This document shows, piece after piece, positions 10,262 through 20,575 of a DNA stretch of 64,000 nt; position 1 is the first letter of the stretch, and each line of letters opens with the position of its first letter. The position numbers were made by a program, and so were the translations under genes. This stretch comes from Pseudobdellovibrionaceae bacterium (GTDB taxonomy: Bacteria; Bdellovibrionota; Bdellovibrionia; Bdellovibrionales; UBA1609), in assembly GCA_023954155.1 (NCBI GenBank), contig JAMLIO010000004.1:436-64435 (forward strand), given 5' to 3'. Below the pieces are notes generated by a model. That model searched no databases and had not been told where the DNA came from. It saw only the letters and a list, made by a program, of their open reading frames with translations.

Positions 10262-10262
10262 T

Positions 10263-10937
10263 ATGAAATGCCTATTGCTATTTGGTGCCCCTGGGTCTGG
10301 TAAAGGGACCCAATCCGAGCTCTTGAAGACCAAGGGCTTTGCTCATTTGAGCACGGGGGACCTGTTCCGTGAGAACATCAAAAACCAAACTCCACTTGGT
10401 ATTGAAGCTAAGGCCATCATTGAAAAAGGGGATCTGGTCCCTGATAGCATCACCTTAGGTATGCTTAAAGAGGCGATTGGGTCCTTACAATCTGGACAAG
10501 ATAAAAATAGCGGACTTACCTATCAGAACTTTATTTTAGATGGTTTCCCAAGAAACTTAAATCAAGCCAAACAGTTAGAGGCTCTTTCTGAGGAACTAGG
10601 ATTTGCAGTGGAAGCTGTTATTTTCCTAGAGGTTCCTGATAAAGTGCTTTTTGAACGTCTGACAGTGCGTAGACTCTGCAAATCTTGCGGTGCTGTATAC
10701 CACATGTCCTTTAACCCTCCAGCTCAAGAGGGCGTCTGTGACAAATGTGGCGGAGAGGTCTATCAACGTAAGGATGACTCGGCTGAGGTCATTTCCAACC
10801 GTTTAAAGACCTATGCGGACACAACGCTGCCAGTGAAAGGATTCTACGAAAGCCGCGGCAAATTGACCATTTGCTCTGGCGAAGGGACCCCCGAAGAGAT
10901 TCAAAAAAGAATACTTAAAATTGTTGAAAATTTTTAA
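10263..10937 (+). CDS. adk: Adenylate kinase (Zn-lid type)
   Basis: MKCLLLFGAPGSGKGTQ P-loop and a CxxC...CxxC lid (CKSCGAVYH...CDKCGGE). ATG 10263 lies 2 nt after the secY stop. The ORF track start 10233 would overlap secY. Confidence 0.93.
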   Translation: MKCLLLFGAPGSGKGTQSELLKTKGFAHLSTGDLFRENIKNQTPLGIEAKAIIEKGDLVPDSITLGMLKEAIGSLQSGQDKNSGLTYQNFILDGFPRNLNQAKQLEALSEELGFAVEAVIFLEVPDKVLFERLTVRRLCKSCGAVYHMSFNPPAQEGVCDKCGGEVYQRKDDSAEVISNRLKTYADTTLPVKGFYESRGKLTICSGEGTPEEIQKRILKIVENF

Positions 10938-11009
10938 AAAGTATTGGACTTCAGCAGACGTGGGTGTTAATTTCCTGCGTTCTTGTATGAATTTTAGTGG
11001 GAGTGGCAG

Positions 11010-11123
11010 ATGAAAGTTCGTCCATCAGTGAAACCAATTTGTAAAAAATGTAAGATCATCAAACGCCAAGGCGTCATCCGTGTGATCTGTGAAAATCCTA
11101 AACATAAACAAAAGCAGGGGTAA
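11010..11123 (+). CDS. rpmJ: 50S ribosomal protein L36
   Basis: Below the ORF-track size cut-off. Hand translation: [37 protein letters not shown] (37 aa), classic L36. Confidence 0.93.
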   Translation: MKVRPSVKPICKKCKIIKRQGVIRVICENPKHKQKQG

Positions 11124-11126
11124 TAA

Positions 11127-11501
11127 ATGGCTCGTGTCGCAGGTGTAGATTTACCTAGAAACAAGAGAATGGAAATTGCTTTAACTTATATCTATGGCAT
11201 TGGCCGAGTTAAAGCTCGTGAAATCTGTAAAGATTTAAACATCAATTTAGATCTTAAATCTGATGATTTAACAGATCAAAACGTTGCAGATCTTAGAGTT
11301 TACTTAGAAGAAAAAATCAAAGTTGAAGGGGACCTTCGCAGAGAAGTTGGACTTTCAATTAAGAGACTTATGGACTTGGGTTGCTACAGAGGCTTAAGAC
11401 ATAAAAAAGGTTTGCCTGTAAGAGGACAAAGCACTCGTCAGAATGCAAGAACTCGTAAGGGACCTAAGAAAACTGTAGCTAACAAGAAAAAAGCAGTTTA
11501 A
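11127..11501 (+). CDS. rpsM: 30S ribosomal protein S13
   Basis: [14 protein letters not shown]..., typical S13. Confidence 0.95.
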   Translation: MARVAGVDLPRNKRMEIALTYIYGIGRVKAREICKDLNINLDLKSDDLTDQNVADLRVYLEEKIKVEGDLRREVGLSIKRLMDLGCYRGLRHKKGLPVRGQSTRQNARTRKGPKKTVANKKKAV

Positions 11502-11516
11502 GGCTTGAGGTAAATA

Positions 11517-11909
11517 ATGGCTGTTGATAAAAACAAAGCAATCAAAAAGAAATCTAAGAAAAACGTTCCAGTAGGTCGCTGCTATATCAATGCGGCTTTT
11601 GGTAATATCATTATCTCTGTGACTGATCCTGCGGGCAATGTGATCGCATGGTCATCTGCAGGCGTGTTAGGCTTCAAAGGAAGTCGTAAAGGAACTCCTT
11701 ATGCGGCTCAAGTGACTGCAGAGGACGCACTTAAAAAAGCTCAAGATCAAGGTATTAAAGCTGTAGATGTTTACCTAAAAGGACCAGGTGCTGGTCGTGA
11801 ACCTGCAGTGAGAACAATCGCTTCTGTTGGAATCAAAGTGAACTCTTTTAGAGACATCACTCCCATTCCACATAACGGTTGCCGCCCACCCAAAAGAAGA
11901 CGCGTATAA
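11517..11909 (+). CDS. rpsK: 30S ribosomal protein S11
   Basis: [22 protein letters not shown]...[11 protein letters not shown] block. Confidence 0.95.
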   Translation: MAVDKNKAIKKKSKKNVPVGRCYINAAFGNIIISVTDPAGNVIAWSSAGVLGFKGSRKGTPYAAQVTAEDALKKAQDQGIKAVDVYLKGPGAGREPAVRTIASVGIKVNSFRDITPIPHNGCRPPKRRRV

Positions 11910-11920
11910 GGAGAAGATCA

Positions 11921-12973
11921 ATGGAACAGCATTATTATAAGTTTTGGACAGATTTAATCACTCCTCGCTCTTTTGAAACAGAAGATAGAAGTGCGACGTA
12001 TGGTCGTTTCAAGGTTGAGCCTTTAGAAAAAGGCTATGGAATGACTTTGGGTAACTCTTTAAGACGAGTTTTATTAAGCTCAATGATGGGCTCAGCAGTG
12101 ACTGCTGTGAAACTTGGTGGAGTGTTACACGAGTTCAGCACTCTTCCAGATATTATGGAAGATGTGACAGATATTATTTTAAACTTAAAAGAAATCCGTT
12201 TTAAGCAATACAGCTCAGAGCCTCAAGTTCTAAGAATTAGAAAGTCAGGTGTGGGTGCTGTAACAGCTGCGGATATCGAAACTAACTCTAACGTTGAAGT
12301 TTTAAACCCAGCTCAGCATATTGCGACACTTGGTAAGAACGCTAATTTTGACGCTGAAATTGTAGTTTCTTTTGGCCGTGGTTACGAGCCTGCGGAAATG
12401 CACAGTGAAGGTTTAGATGTAGGGTTCATTCCAGTGGATGCTTTATTCAGTCCTATTAAGCGTGTGAACTACCAAGTCGCCAACGCCCGTGTAGGACAAA
12501 GAACAGACTATGACTCTTTAGAGCTTGAACTTTGGACAGATGGTTCTTTAAGACCAGATGAGGCTTTATCTTTAGCTTCTAAAATCTTAAAAGAGCAACT
12601 TCAGGTGTTTGTCACTTTTGATGAAAGTGTTGAGCCTGCTGTGAGTGAAACTGAAGAGTTAGTGCCTACTTTGAATGAGAACCTATTTAGACCTGTTGAA
12701 GACCTTGAGTTGAGTGTTCGCAGTGCAAACTGTCTAAAGAACGCCAACATTCGTTTCATTGGTGAATTGGTGACTCGCTCTGAAGGCGAAATGCTTAAGA
12801 CTAAAAACTTTGGTCGTAAATCATTGAATGAAATCAAAGACATTTTGGTTCGCATGGGACTTGGCTTGGGAATGAAGATTGAAGGTTGGCCGCCTCCAGG
12901 ATGGGATCCTAATAACCCACCTGTAATCAGCAGACCTTCTGCCGAAAATGCAGATAACACAGATATGAACTAA
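11921..12973 (+). CDS. rpoA: DNA-directed RNA polymerase subunit alpha
   Basis: ATG 11921 with an AAGGAG RBS at 11908-11913. The ORF track start 11879 overlaps rpsK and is unlikely. [18 protein letters not shown] and the CTD block [16 protein letters not shown] are present. Follows rpsK directly, so no rpsD lies between them. Confidence 0.94.
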   Translation: MEQHYYKFWTDLITPRSFETEDRSATYGRFKVEPLEKGYGMTLGNSLRRVLLSSMMGSAVTAVKLGGVLHEFSTLPDIMEDVTDIILNLKEIRFKQYSSEPQVLRIRKSGVGAVTAADIETNSNVEVLNPAQHIATLGKNANFDAEIVVSFGRGYEPAEMHSEGLDVGFIPVDALFSPIKRVNYQVANARVGQRTDYDSLELELWTDGSLRPDEALSLASKILKEQLQVFVTFDESVEPAVSETEELVPTLNENLFRPVEDLELSVRSANCLKNANIRFIGELVTRSEGEMLKTKNFGRKSLNEIKDILVRMGLGLGMKIEGWPPPGWDPNNPPVISRPSAENADNTDMN

Positions 12974-12985
12974 TTGAGGTAAGTG

Positions 12986-13462
12986 ATGAGACATAAGGTA
13001 GTTAAAAACTCATTTGGAAGAAGACCTGGTCCACGTAAAGCGTTGATCAGAGGTCTAGTAGATGCTTTAGTTGAGCACGGTCGTATCAAAACGACTTTAA
13101 CAAAAGCTAAAGTGATTCGTGGTAAAGTTGAAAGAGCCATCACTAAAGGCAAAGAGAACACAGTTCATGCAAAAAGAGTGGTTTTACAAAAGTACCCTAA
13201 CCCAAATACTGTAGAGACCATTTTTAATGATCTATCTAAGAGATTTAAAGATCGTCCAGGTGGTTACACACGTATTATTAAATTGGGTGCAAGAACTGGT
13301 GACAGTGCTCCGATGGCCTACATTGAGTTTGTAGATTACAATCCTGCTGATAAAAAGGTAGTGGATGTAGCGGCTCAAAAAGAGGTTACAGCTAAGAAGG
13401 CCACAACTCTTAGAAAGAGAAAAAGAAAGATTCAAGAAAAATCTAGAATCGTGAACCGATAA
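12986..13462 (+). CDS. rplQ: 50S ribosomal protein L17
   Basis: MRHKVVKNSFGRRPGPRKAL... ATG 12986 is preferred over GTG 12983. Confidence 0.94.
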   Translation: MRHKVVKNSFGRRPGPRKALIRGLVDALVEHGRIKTTLTKAKVIRGKVERAITKGKENTVHAKRVVLQKYPNPNTVETIFNDLSKRFKDRPGGYTRIIKLGARTGDSAPMAYIEFVDYNPADKKVVDVAAQKEVTAKKATTLRKRKRKIQEKSRIVNR

Positions 13463-13549
13463 TCTAACAAAGTACCACGTCTTCTAAGAGGTGTTGCTTG
13501 TGATTTTTAGAGTGCAGAACATAACAGGTGATCGCACGATAAAACAAAA

Positions 13550-13583
13550 AACGCGCTTAAAAGAGCGCGTTTTTTTTATTTTT
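13550..13583 (+). terminator. Rho-independent terminator of the alpha operon
   Basis: Perfect 8-bp stem AACGCGCT / AGCGCGTT (13550-13557 / 13564-13571), loop TAAAAG, followed by TTTTTTTATTTTT. Confidence 0.85.
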
Positions 13584-13674
13584 GAATCTTCCTGTAGTCT
13601 TTGATAGAACGGCAGAATGCACAACGCACTAGTTTGGGATAGAAGTGTAAAAGTGCACGATAAAGGGATGTTTT

Positions 13675-14304
13675 ATGAAATCAACACGTAAGTTGGCCAT
13701 TTGGGTTTTAAGTTTCCTCATCTTTGCAACGGTGGGTGGATATGCCGTCATGAAGTTTGTTAAAGAGTCTATGGATGCTAAACGCTATAAAGGCATAGAT
13801 TCTACCTTGTCTTCGCTAGAGAAGCTAAAGCAGATGCAAGCCTCAGGGGCACCAGATTTTGAATTTAAAGTGATCCATCCCTTTGCAAAACAGGGTGTGG
13901 GAGCATCTGATATCGATGGCAAGCCAGTGGCTCTTTCACAATATAAAGGCAAAGTGATCCTTTTAAACTTTTGGGCCAGTTGGTGTGAGCCCTGTATTAA
14001 AGAGTTCCCAGACTTGATCTCCTTAGTGAATAAGGTGCCAGGGGTAGTTGTGATAGCAATAAGCCGTGACAATCAACAGGAGGACGCAGAGGGCTTTATA
14101 CGAGCCTTTCCTGAGTCACGAGGCAAGATCACCTTTGGTTGGGACCCTGACGGGGATATCACCCGCATGTACGGCACTGAGGTGCTGCCAGAATCTATCA
14201 TCATCAAAAAAGACTTTAAGGTCGATAAAAAGGTCTCGGGCATAGAGGCTTGGGCCTCTGACACGATTGTGAACTACTTTAAGTTTTTAACTGATCAAGA
14301 TTGA
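13675..14304 (+). CDS. TlpA/ResA-family thiol-disulfide oxidoreductase (membrane-anchored thioredoxin fold)
   Basis: N-terminal TM helix and the FWASWCEPCIKEFP CxxC motif. Confidence 0.8.
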   Translation: MKSTRKLAIWVLSFLIFATVGGYAVMKFVKESMDAKRYKGIDSTLSSLEKLKQMQASGAPDFEFKVIHPFAKQGVGASDIDGKPVALSQYKGKVILLNFWASWCEPCIKEFPDLISLVNKVPGVVVIAISRDNQQEDAEGFIRAFPESRGKITFGWDPDGDITRMYGTEVLPESIIIKKDFKVDKKVSGIEAWASDTIVNYFKFLTDQD

Positions 14305-14420
14305 CCTTATGGGTTAATAATTTTCTCGTTATATTTTTGTTACGCACACTTCAGTGGATTGACCTGGAGCTGAGGCACTATGGTATGCACTCGGGTACAA
14401 ACAAAAACAGAGGGGAAAAT

Positions 14421-14819
14421 ATGAAAAAACTAATTTTAATTGCATTTACTGTTATGGGCTTTTCAATGGCTGCAAGTGCGCAAGAAACAATCAATGAAAT
14501 CACAAGATTAAATACATTGTTGTTTGATGGACAAGACCTCACGGTGGGTTACCGTATAGGTGGTGGCTGTGCGACTCATGAAACACGCATCAGTGTAGAA
14601 CTAGTCAAACTTGCAGATCCCAACGATTACTTTAGCCGTAACGTATTTGAAGTGAAAGTGTTTGATGTGACTCCAAACCCTGATTACTGTGAAGCACTTT
14701 TATATCCTACATATAAGGTTAACCTAAAAGATATGATCCAAGCCGAGGCTCAAAAGAAAGGTTTAAATGCCTACGATGTAGAAGTGACCTTCCCATCGGT
14801 TGACGTTCGTATTCGCTAA
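14421..14819 (+). CDS. Small secreted protein, function unknown
   Basis: ATG 14421 preceded by GAGGGG. Signal peptide MKKLILIAFTVMGFSMAASAQE. The ORF track start 14301 is unlikely. Confidence 0.6.
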   Translation: MKKLILIAFTVMGFSMAASAQETINEITRLNTLLFDGQDLTVGYRIGGGCATHETRISVELVKLADPNDYFSRNVFEVKVFDVTPNPDYCEALLYPTYKVNLKDMIQAEAQKKGLNAYDVEVTFPSVDVRIR

Positions 14820-14845
14820 AATTTTTCTGGCTATTAGGGCGCGAT

Positions 14846-16819
14846 TTAAAACTTCAGTTTTTTTAATGCGTCCTTAGCCTTATCTTTGATCTTATCTACC
14901 TGTTCGTCTTTAATTTTTGCTTCTAATTTTTGAAGTTCAGTTTGTAGTAGCTGATCTATGTTTTGGCTTTCTTTATCTAAAAGATTTACGTCTCCTAAGT
15001 AGGGTTTAATGTACTTGGTTTGAATGGATTTCAACGAGTTGTCAGCCAGAGCTTGGACTTGATTTTGAACCTGCTCAATCTCTCCAGAAAAATGTCCTTT
15101 GATGCCGTCGCTGACCTTTTGTCCTAGGGAACTTTTAATCAGCATATCAGGATCAAGGAAATTTCCCTTTAAGAACACATCCACATTAAAGTTAGGCAAA
15201 TTTGCAAAGATGGGCTGAAGGATCTTTTGAATATCCGTCTTACTGCTTTCAAAAAGAAATTTTGCATCTTTGAATTGATTAAAGAACCCAAAATCAGAGA
15301 GTTGGAGTTCTGCGATGCTCCCTTTAAGAGCGCCATGAACAGAAGCCTGTTCAAGAAACAATTTTAAAGAAGAGTCATTAAAAATTTTAAATGAACTGAT
15401 GGGATACCAAGCCGACACATTAAAGCTTTCACCCATTTTTTGCAGGTGATGGTTGAGCTTAATATCAATATTTATATCTTCAAATTTATGCTGAGGAATA
15501 TCTCCGCGTAAGAAGATCTCAAGGGGCTTACCAATGGTTTTTTGGTTGTCAGCAATGTTTAAAACATGGCCTTTAAAATTTTGTAAGTCTTGGTGGGTTT
15601 TGGATTTGCCATCAATATTTAATTTCTTAATCCATAATTTGGGACGAATATGTTTGCCAAAGTGAATGTACTCTCCAGTTTCGGCAATGGTCTGCTTAAG
15701 AAGAGTTTTGTATTCTGCTTCTAAAGTTGTGGTAGCTTCCTCGGTGGTGGCAGCAGTGTCAGTACGGGCTGAAGATTCAAGTTGGCCACGTAAGGCATCT
15801 GTGGCTTTACTGCCAAGGCGATCTTCGACGGCCTTTTCAGAGTTTTTACGAGCTTGAGTGATCCAGTGTTGGATCAGATAAAAACGAGTTTGGAATAGAT
15901 TGCCAAAAAACTCCTGTGAAAAGCTGGCTGGACTGATGTCAGGAAATTTAAATTTAGCTTTCACTTCAGAGAGTTTACTTTGAATGTCTTTTTGCAGCCT
16001 GGCTTCGATGTTTTTTATATCGTCAAGTTCAGACTTAATGTCAGATTTTAAATTTTTGAGCTCATCGCGAGTGGACTTGGCCTCTGTGACTAACTTTTTG
16101 GTGGCGGAAAGTGCAGTCATCCATTCCGCACTGGTGTCGGGAGTTTGGTTGAGTTTTTTGGCCTGAGCAATAAGGCCTTCATACTTTTCTTTTTTAAAAT
16201 GGGACTGAATCTCTTTGGCTTTGAGTTTCTTTTTGTCCAAAAGATTTTTGTAGTCGTCTTCGAGTTTTTTAAGATTCAGGTCCTGGGAGATCTTTTTCAG
16301 TTCCTGATTGTAGTCTTTGTTCTTTGAAAAATTATAAAGGTTTTCAAAGATGCTTCCTTCAAATTTCTTGTCGAAGGCCTGCTGTTTGCTGCCCTTAAAG
16401 TCTGTAGAAATAGAAATCAAACGCTGGCTTTCAGGAGACACATACCCCTTTTTCTTGCGGGGAGAATTGACCTTTAGGCCCTCAAGATAAGCATTGTCGC
16501 TGGTGATCGACATGAACATCAGGTCTTTACGGTTCAGCTCAATGGCAAGTTTTCCAATAGAAAATAAGTTCTCCATGGGCTTTTCGTGGTTGGTGAAATC
16601 CACGTCTAAAATTTCTAAACTAGGTTTGGCAAGATCAAGCTTCAGACTGCCAATATTGACTTCGGCTCCGTAAGCTTTGGTCATGGATTTTTCTAAGATG
16701 TATTTGATGTGTAAATTTAAAAAACAGAAGTAATAAACGGCTAAGAGTCCAAAAATGAGGGCGAGTAGTAAGATGGCCTCTGTTCTAAAAATGCCTTTAC
16801 GTTTTTTTGTTTTTGCCAT
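14846..16819 (-). CDS. Large uncharacterised N-terminally anchored protein (resembles the TIGR03545 / AsmA-like family, from memory)
   Basis: 657 aa, a single N-terminal TM, long coiled-coil-like K/E-rich middle. Tightly coupled (1-nt gap) to the upstream small membrane protein. Confidence 0.5.
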   Translation of the reverse strand: MAKTKKRKGIFRTEAILLLALIFGLLAVYYFCFLNLHIKYILEKSMTKAYGAEVNIGSLKLDLAKPSLEILDVDFTNHEKPMENLFSIGKLAIELNRKDLMFMSITSDNAYLEGLKVNSPRKKKGYVSPESQRLISISTDFKGSKQQAFDKKFEGSIFENLYNFSKNKDYNQELKKISQDLNLKKLEDDYKNLLDKKKLKAKEIQSHFKKEKYEGLIAQAKKLNQTPDTSAEWMTALSATKKLVTEAKSTRDELKNLKSDIKSELDDIKNIEARLQKDIQSKLSEVKAKFKFPDISPASFSQEFFGNLFQTRFYLIQHWITQARKNSEKAVEDRLGSKATDALRGQLESSARTDTAATTEEATTTLEAEYKTLLKQTIAETGEYIHFGKHIRPKLWIKKLNIDGKSKTHQDLQNFKGHVLNIADNQKTIGKPLEIFLRGDIPQHKFEDINIDIKLNHHLQKMGESFNVSAWYPISSFKIFNDSSLKLFLEQASVHGALKGSIAELQLSDFGFFNQFKDAKFLFESSKTDIQKILQPIFANLPNFNVDVFLKGNFLDPDMLIKSSLGQKVSDGIKGHFSGEIEQVQNQVQALADNSLKSIQTKYIKPYLGDVNLLDKESQNIDQLLQTELQKLEAKIKDEQVDKIKDKAKDALKKLKF

Positions 16820-16820
16820 T

Positions 16821-17345
16821 TTAAGCCTCGATTTGATCTAGGTATTTGATGTACAGCAACACTAAAGATGATTTCATAAAAGCCTTATAGGGCCTAGTCT
16901 GCTTAAGGCGCGTGAGGACCTTTTCTTGGTATTTGATCACAAGGGTATAAGCCATAATAAAAACAATAGGAAATACCACCAGAGACACCAGAGTGGCCCC
17001 TGCTGTGATGGTATAATTGAATTTAAGCCAATGAAATATAGGATGCTCGTACATGGTGGTCCAGAGTGGTTTAAGGGCTTCCATCTCAAGTAAAAACTTG
17101 CCCACTTTGTGAAAGGTGGGAATTAGAGGCAGGGAGACGAGGGCAAAAAATGCGGAGCCCAAGAAGAAAGCACCCAGTTGAACTCTGAAAAATAGAGCAA
17201 TCAAAGCGCTGGTGACCCCTAGGGCTGAAACCCAACCACAGAAACCAGTGAAGATTCCGAGGCTGAATCCAAAGGCCAATAAGAAGGCCCCTTCATTTTG
17301 ATGTAATAACCTAATAAGTTTGATGAGTTGTCGAATGATAAACAT
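16821..17345 (-). CDS. Small polytopic membrane protein (DUF2062 / TIGR03546-like partner, from memory)
   Basis: 174 aa, 4-5 predicted TM helices, immediately upstream of the 657-aa gene. Confidence 0.45.
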   Translation of the reverse strand: MFIIRQLIKLIRLLHQNEGAFLLAFGFSLGIFTGFCGWVSALGVTSALIALFFRVQLGAFFLGSAFFALVSLPLIPTFHKVGKFLLEMEALKPLWTTMYEHPIFHWLKFNYTITAGATLVSLVVFPIVFIMAYTLVIKYQEKVLTRLKQTRPYKAFMKSSLVLLYIKYLDQIEA

Positions 17346-17578
17346 GAATGAAATTGTAGCACCAGTTGAGCTGCGTTGAATAGAGGCTAAAGCGTTTGGC
17401 TATTGTGATGCTTGGTGAGTTTTGATTAAAACGCCTGCACTTTGGGTGGTAGGAGAGATTTTAGGGTGCTGGGGTCTTAAAAATCTTGATTTCTGCAATG
17501 CAAAATGAGAGTTTTAAACAATTATTTGCCTTGCTATAAAGGCCTTAATTCATTAGTTTTTTGTTTTTACGACTCTAT

Positions 17579-17655
17579 GGTGGCGTAGCTCAGTTGGATA
17601 GAGCAACAGCCTTCTAAGCTGTGGGTCGCAGGTTCGACTCCTGCCGCCATCACCA
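17579..17655 (+). tRNA. tRNA-Arg (anticodon TCT)
   Basis: Cloverleaf folded by hand. Acceptor GGTGGCG/CGCCATC. D arm GCTC-AGTTGGATA-GAGC. Anticodon stem ACAGC/GCTGT with loop CTTCTAA. Variable loop GGGTC. T arm GCAGG-TTCGACT-CCTGC. Encoded ACCA end. Confidence 0.9.
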
Positions 17656-17679
17656 TCTTCAACATCTGGAGAGTATTTT

Positions 17680-18612
17680 TTGGCTAAAGTATTGCTCTTG
17701 CCTCTGTTTATGCTCTCGTGGTGTTTATATCAGCTCCCGTACTCTTGGTTTCTAAAGCTAGGCAAAGGCTTTGGGCGTTTTTTACGTTTAATAGGATTTA
17801 GGACTCGAATAGTTCGCAATAATATTGATTTGGTTTTTGCAAAAACCATGAGTGAGGATGAGAGAGAAGAGTTTCATAAAAAAGTATTTGAGAATGTCGG
17901 AATTTCTTTTTTAGAAATTGTTCGGAATTTTTCTTTATCCAAAGAAGATATTCTTAAAGAGTTAAGAATATCGCCGAAGGACTTAGCGTTTTTAGAAGAT
18001 TTAAGGCGGAGTAAAGAAGGTGCTGTGTTTATCAGTGCTCATATTGGCAATTGGGAGTTGTTTGCCTGTGGAGTATCGGCAAGAGACTTTCCAGTTTCTG
18101 TGATTGCAAAAAAAATGTCGGGAGGAATATCACAAGCTCTGGTTGAGTCTCGACGTAAAGAAACCGCACTTAAGATCATCTATACGGGTGGAACGCTACA
18201 AAAAATGGCTGAGGATCTTGGGGAAGGGCGTTTTGTTGGGTTTATGGTGGATCAGCACATGCCTGGCAAAAAAGGGATCAGAGTTAATTTTTTTGGAGTC
18301 CCAGCAGCAAGTATTCGTGGCTTATCCAAACTAGCTAAAGAGACCCAGTGTAAGATCATTCCCATGTGTGCTGTGCGTGCAGATGACGGATATCATGATA
18401 TCGTGCTGTTACCAGAGTTGCCATATATTCATGTCACTGATTCTACGTTAAGTGCTGAAGCCAGATGGGAAAAAGAAGAGTGGTTAAATACTCAAAACTA
18501 TCAACATGCTATCGAGAAACTTATTATGCATGCCCCAGAACAATGGCTTTGGATTCATCGCAGGTGGAAAGCCAAAAGAGATCCGTTGGACTTTGAATTC
18601 GTACTTCCTTAA
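17680..18612 (+). CDS. LpxL/HtrB-family lipid A (Kdo2-lipid IVA) late acyltransferase
   Basis: ISAHIGNWELF (HxxxxE/D acyltransferase motif of the LpxL family) and size of about 310 aa. The TTG start is uncertain. Confidence 0.7.
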   Translation: MAKVLLLPLFMLSWCLYQLPYSWFLKLGKGFGRFLRLIGFRTRIVRNNIDLVFAKTMSEDEREEFHKKVFENVGISFLEIVRNFSLSKEDILKELRISPKDLAFLEDLRRSKEGAVFISAHIGNWELFACGVSARDFPVSVIAKKMSGGISQALVESRRKETALKIIYTGGTLQKMAEDLGEGRFVGFMVDQHMPGKKGIRVNFFGVPAASIRGLSKLAKETQCKIIPMCAVRADDGYHDIVLLPELPYIHVTDSTLSAEARWEKEEWLNTQNYQHAIEKLIMHAPEQWLWIHRRWKAKRDPLDFEFVLP

Positions 18613-19000
18613 AGTAACGCCCGAAAATCAGAATATTTTAATAAGGTAAGCGTAATTTGAAAAAAATCTACGACATTTTTTGTCATGTTTAGCTTTTATT
18701 CTGGATTAGAGGCTGTATATAAGGGTTTTTAGATAAGAATGGGCACAAAATTTAGTAAAATCCTTGATTTTAGTCCGTCAAAATTCTTTTTAGCTTTAAA
18801 AAAAGAATAAATATCAAACCTAAGAGACCAAAAAGGTCCAAAGCTTTTTCCTTTATTACAGAGAAAAAATTATCCGCTATTTTGTCGCGATCATTTTAAT
18901 CTTCAGGCGCTACGTTTAAGTCAGCAATAATTACAAGATCAAATATGGCACAGGCCCTGCTCTATATCAGATAAGATTTTATTTGGAGGATCTGATAAAA

Positions 19001-20506
19001 ATGGGACGTGCAGTGGTTTTCAAGGTATACATATTTATTTTGTGGGCTGTTGTGACAATGGGCCAGCAGGTGTATGCGGCTTCAGAGATCAGCTTAAATG
19101 CAAAAGATATGGCTTTTTTAAAAGCCGTTAAACAAGAGACATTATCTTATGTCCAAGATCAGACTGAAGTGACTGAAGCTTTTAAAGCGTGTATAGAGCG
19201 CAATATCTGTGATGCTAAATTTCATGTGATAGATAGCTCAAACCTTCCCTTTGCTATGGTTTTTGACAGCAAACAAGAACTTTTGAATCTGATTCGCAGA
19301 CTTCACACCAAATTTAGAACCCTAACTGCTTTAAGAAATAAAAACATGTACGAATCTATTAAGGTGCAAGACCTGGCGTTTTTATCCCCGATGGCTGGCT
19401 TACCTGCAATGAGATTTACAACATGGGGCGAGTATGGCCGTGCTGAAATGAACAGGATTTTTAAAATTATAGAAGATGATAATAAAACCAAACAAGAGTT
19501 CAAAAATCAATTTGGCATTAGTCAAAGGAAAGATTACAGAGAAGATTATCACACAGATTATAATTTAGAACTTATGGCTATTGATAATTATGAAGTGCAA
19601 ATGAACCAGATGCTTGCCGCAATTCCTATGTTTAATGAAGTGATGTTTGCAGAAGTAGGGAGACGAGAATCGGAGCTTTCTGAACGAGCCATAGTAGACA
19701 AGATGAATGCGTTTTTGAATAATTTAGCCAAAAGCAGAAAGACTGTAGAGGCTATTGCCGATGATAATGTGGTGGACACTATGATGTTCCCTGTAATGGT
19801 CAGCCAAGTTTTAGCAAAAAATCCTGACATGGTTGCATCTTATGAAAAATTAAGTGCGTTTGCCTTGGCAAGAAAAAATTTATTTACAGCTTTTGTGGAT
19901 AAATTTACGAACGCCATGACTTGGGCCCTAGTTGGATGTGTTGCGACCAGTATTATTGTACCTCAGGCAGCACCCTTGATCATGGGGGTTTGTGGAGCGT
20001 TGGGACTAGGCACTTTGACTGTGATGGTTGCACATACTTTGATTGAAATTGACAGGATCAGTCCTTTAGTCCGAACGGGACTTGTAGACCCTTCGAACTT
20101 ATCACATTTAAATTCGGTTTTGGCTCATCAGCTGCTGATGGCCTTTATTATAGGTACGGGTGCTGTGCCCAATATTCTTAAGTTAGCCAAATCAGCTACA
20201 TTTACGGCACCTACACAATACTACTCACAAATGGTCAAAGAGATGTCTAATAGAGCCACATCTGGGCAGGCATGGAAAGCCTACGCTAGGGAACACCTTG
20301 AAGGGGGAAGGCAGCAACTGGCAACAGTAGTAAAGGGGTTTGCCAAAACTAATGCTAAAGACCTCACAGCCAGAGTGCCTGCTTCGACAGTCTACCAAGC
20401 CTATAAGCTAGTCCCTACGTCAGTGCTTATGAAATATGATCTGTTTGAGATATTCACATTGTCAGATTCTTTACGTTTGCAGATGTCATTACTGGCTGTG
20501 AAGTAA
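19001..20506 (+). CDS. Hypothetical exported/membrane protein
   Basis: ATG 19001 with a GGAGG RBS. Signal peptide (…VVTMGQQVYAASE) and a hydrophobic cluster around aa 310-400. No family recognised. Confidence 0.6.
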   Translation: MGRAVVFKVYIFILWAVVTMGQQVYAASEISLNAKDMAFLKAVKQETLSYVQDQTEVTEAFKACIERNICDAKFHVIDSSNLPFAMVFDSKQELLNLIRRLHTKFRTLTALRNKNMYESIKVQDLAFLSPMAGLPAMRFTTWGEYGRAEMNRIFKIIEDDNKTKQEFKNQFGISQRKDYREDYHTDYNLELMAIDNYEVQMNQMLAAIPMFNEVMFAEVGRRESELSERAIVDKMNAFLNNLAKSRKTVEAIADDNVVDTMMFPVMVSQVLAKNPDMVASYEKLSAFALARKNLFTAFVDKFTNAMTWALVGCVATSIIVPQAAPLIMGVCGALGLGTLTVMVAHTLIEIDRISPLVRTGLVDPSNLSHLNSVLAHQLLMAFIIGTGAVPNILKLAKSATFTAPTQYYSQMVKEMSNRATSGQAWKAYAREHLEGGRQQLATVVKGFAKTNAKDLTARVPASTVYQAYKLVPTSVLMKYDLFEIFTLSDSLRLQMSLLAVK

Positions 20507-20575
20507 AAATAGGACTTTAATATAATATTTGTGTAGATTGTTTCACAATTACTAGAAGTGCGCCATACTCAAATT

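Noticed and set aside
10233-10262. The ORF-track start of adk at 10233 and of rpoA at 11879.
   Set aside because: Both would overlap the preceding gene by 30 nt or more and add non-conserved residues. Downstream ATGs (10263, 11921) give canonical N-termini, and the rpoA one also has an RBS.
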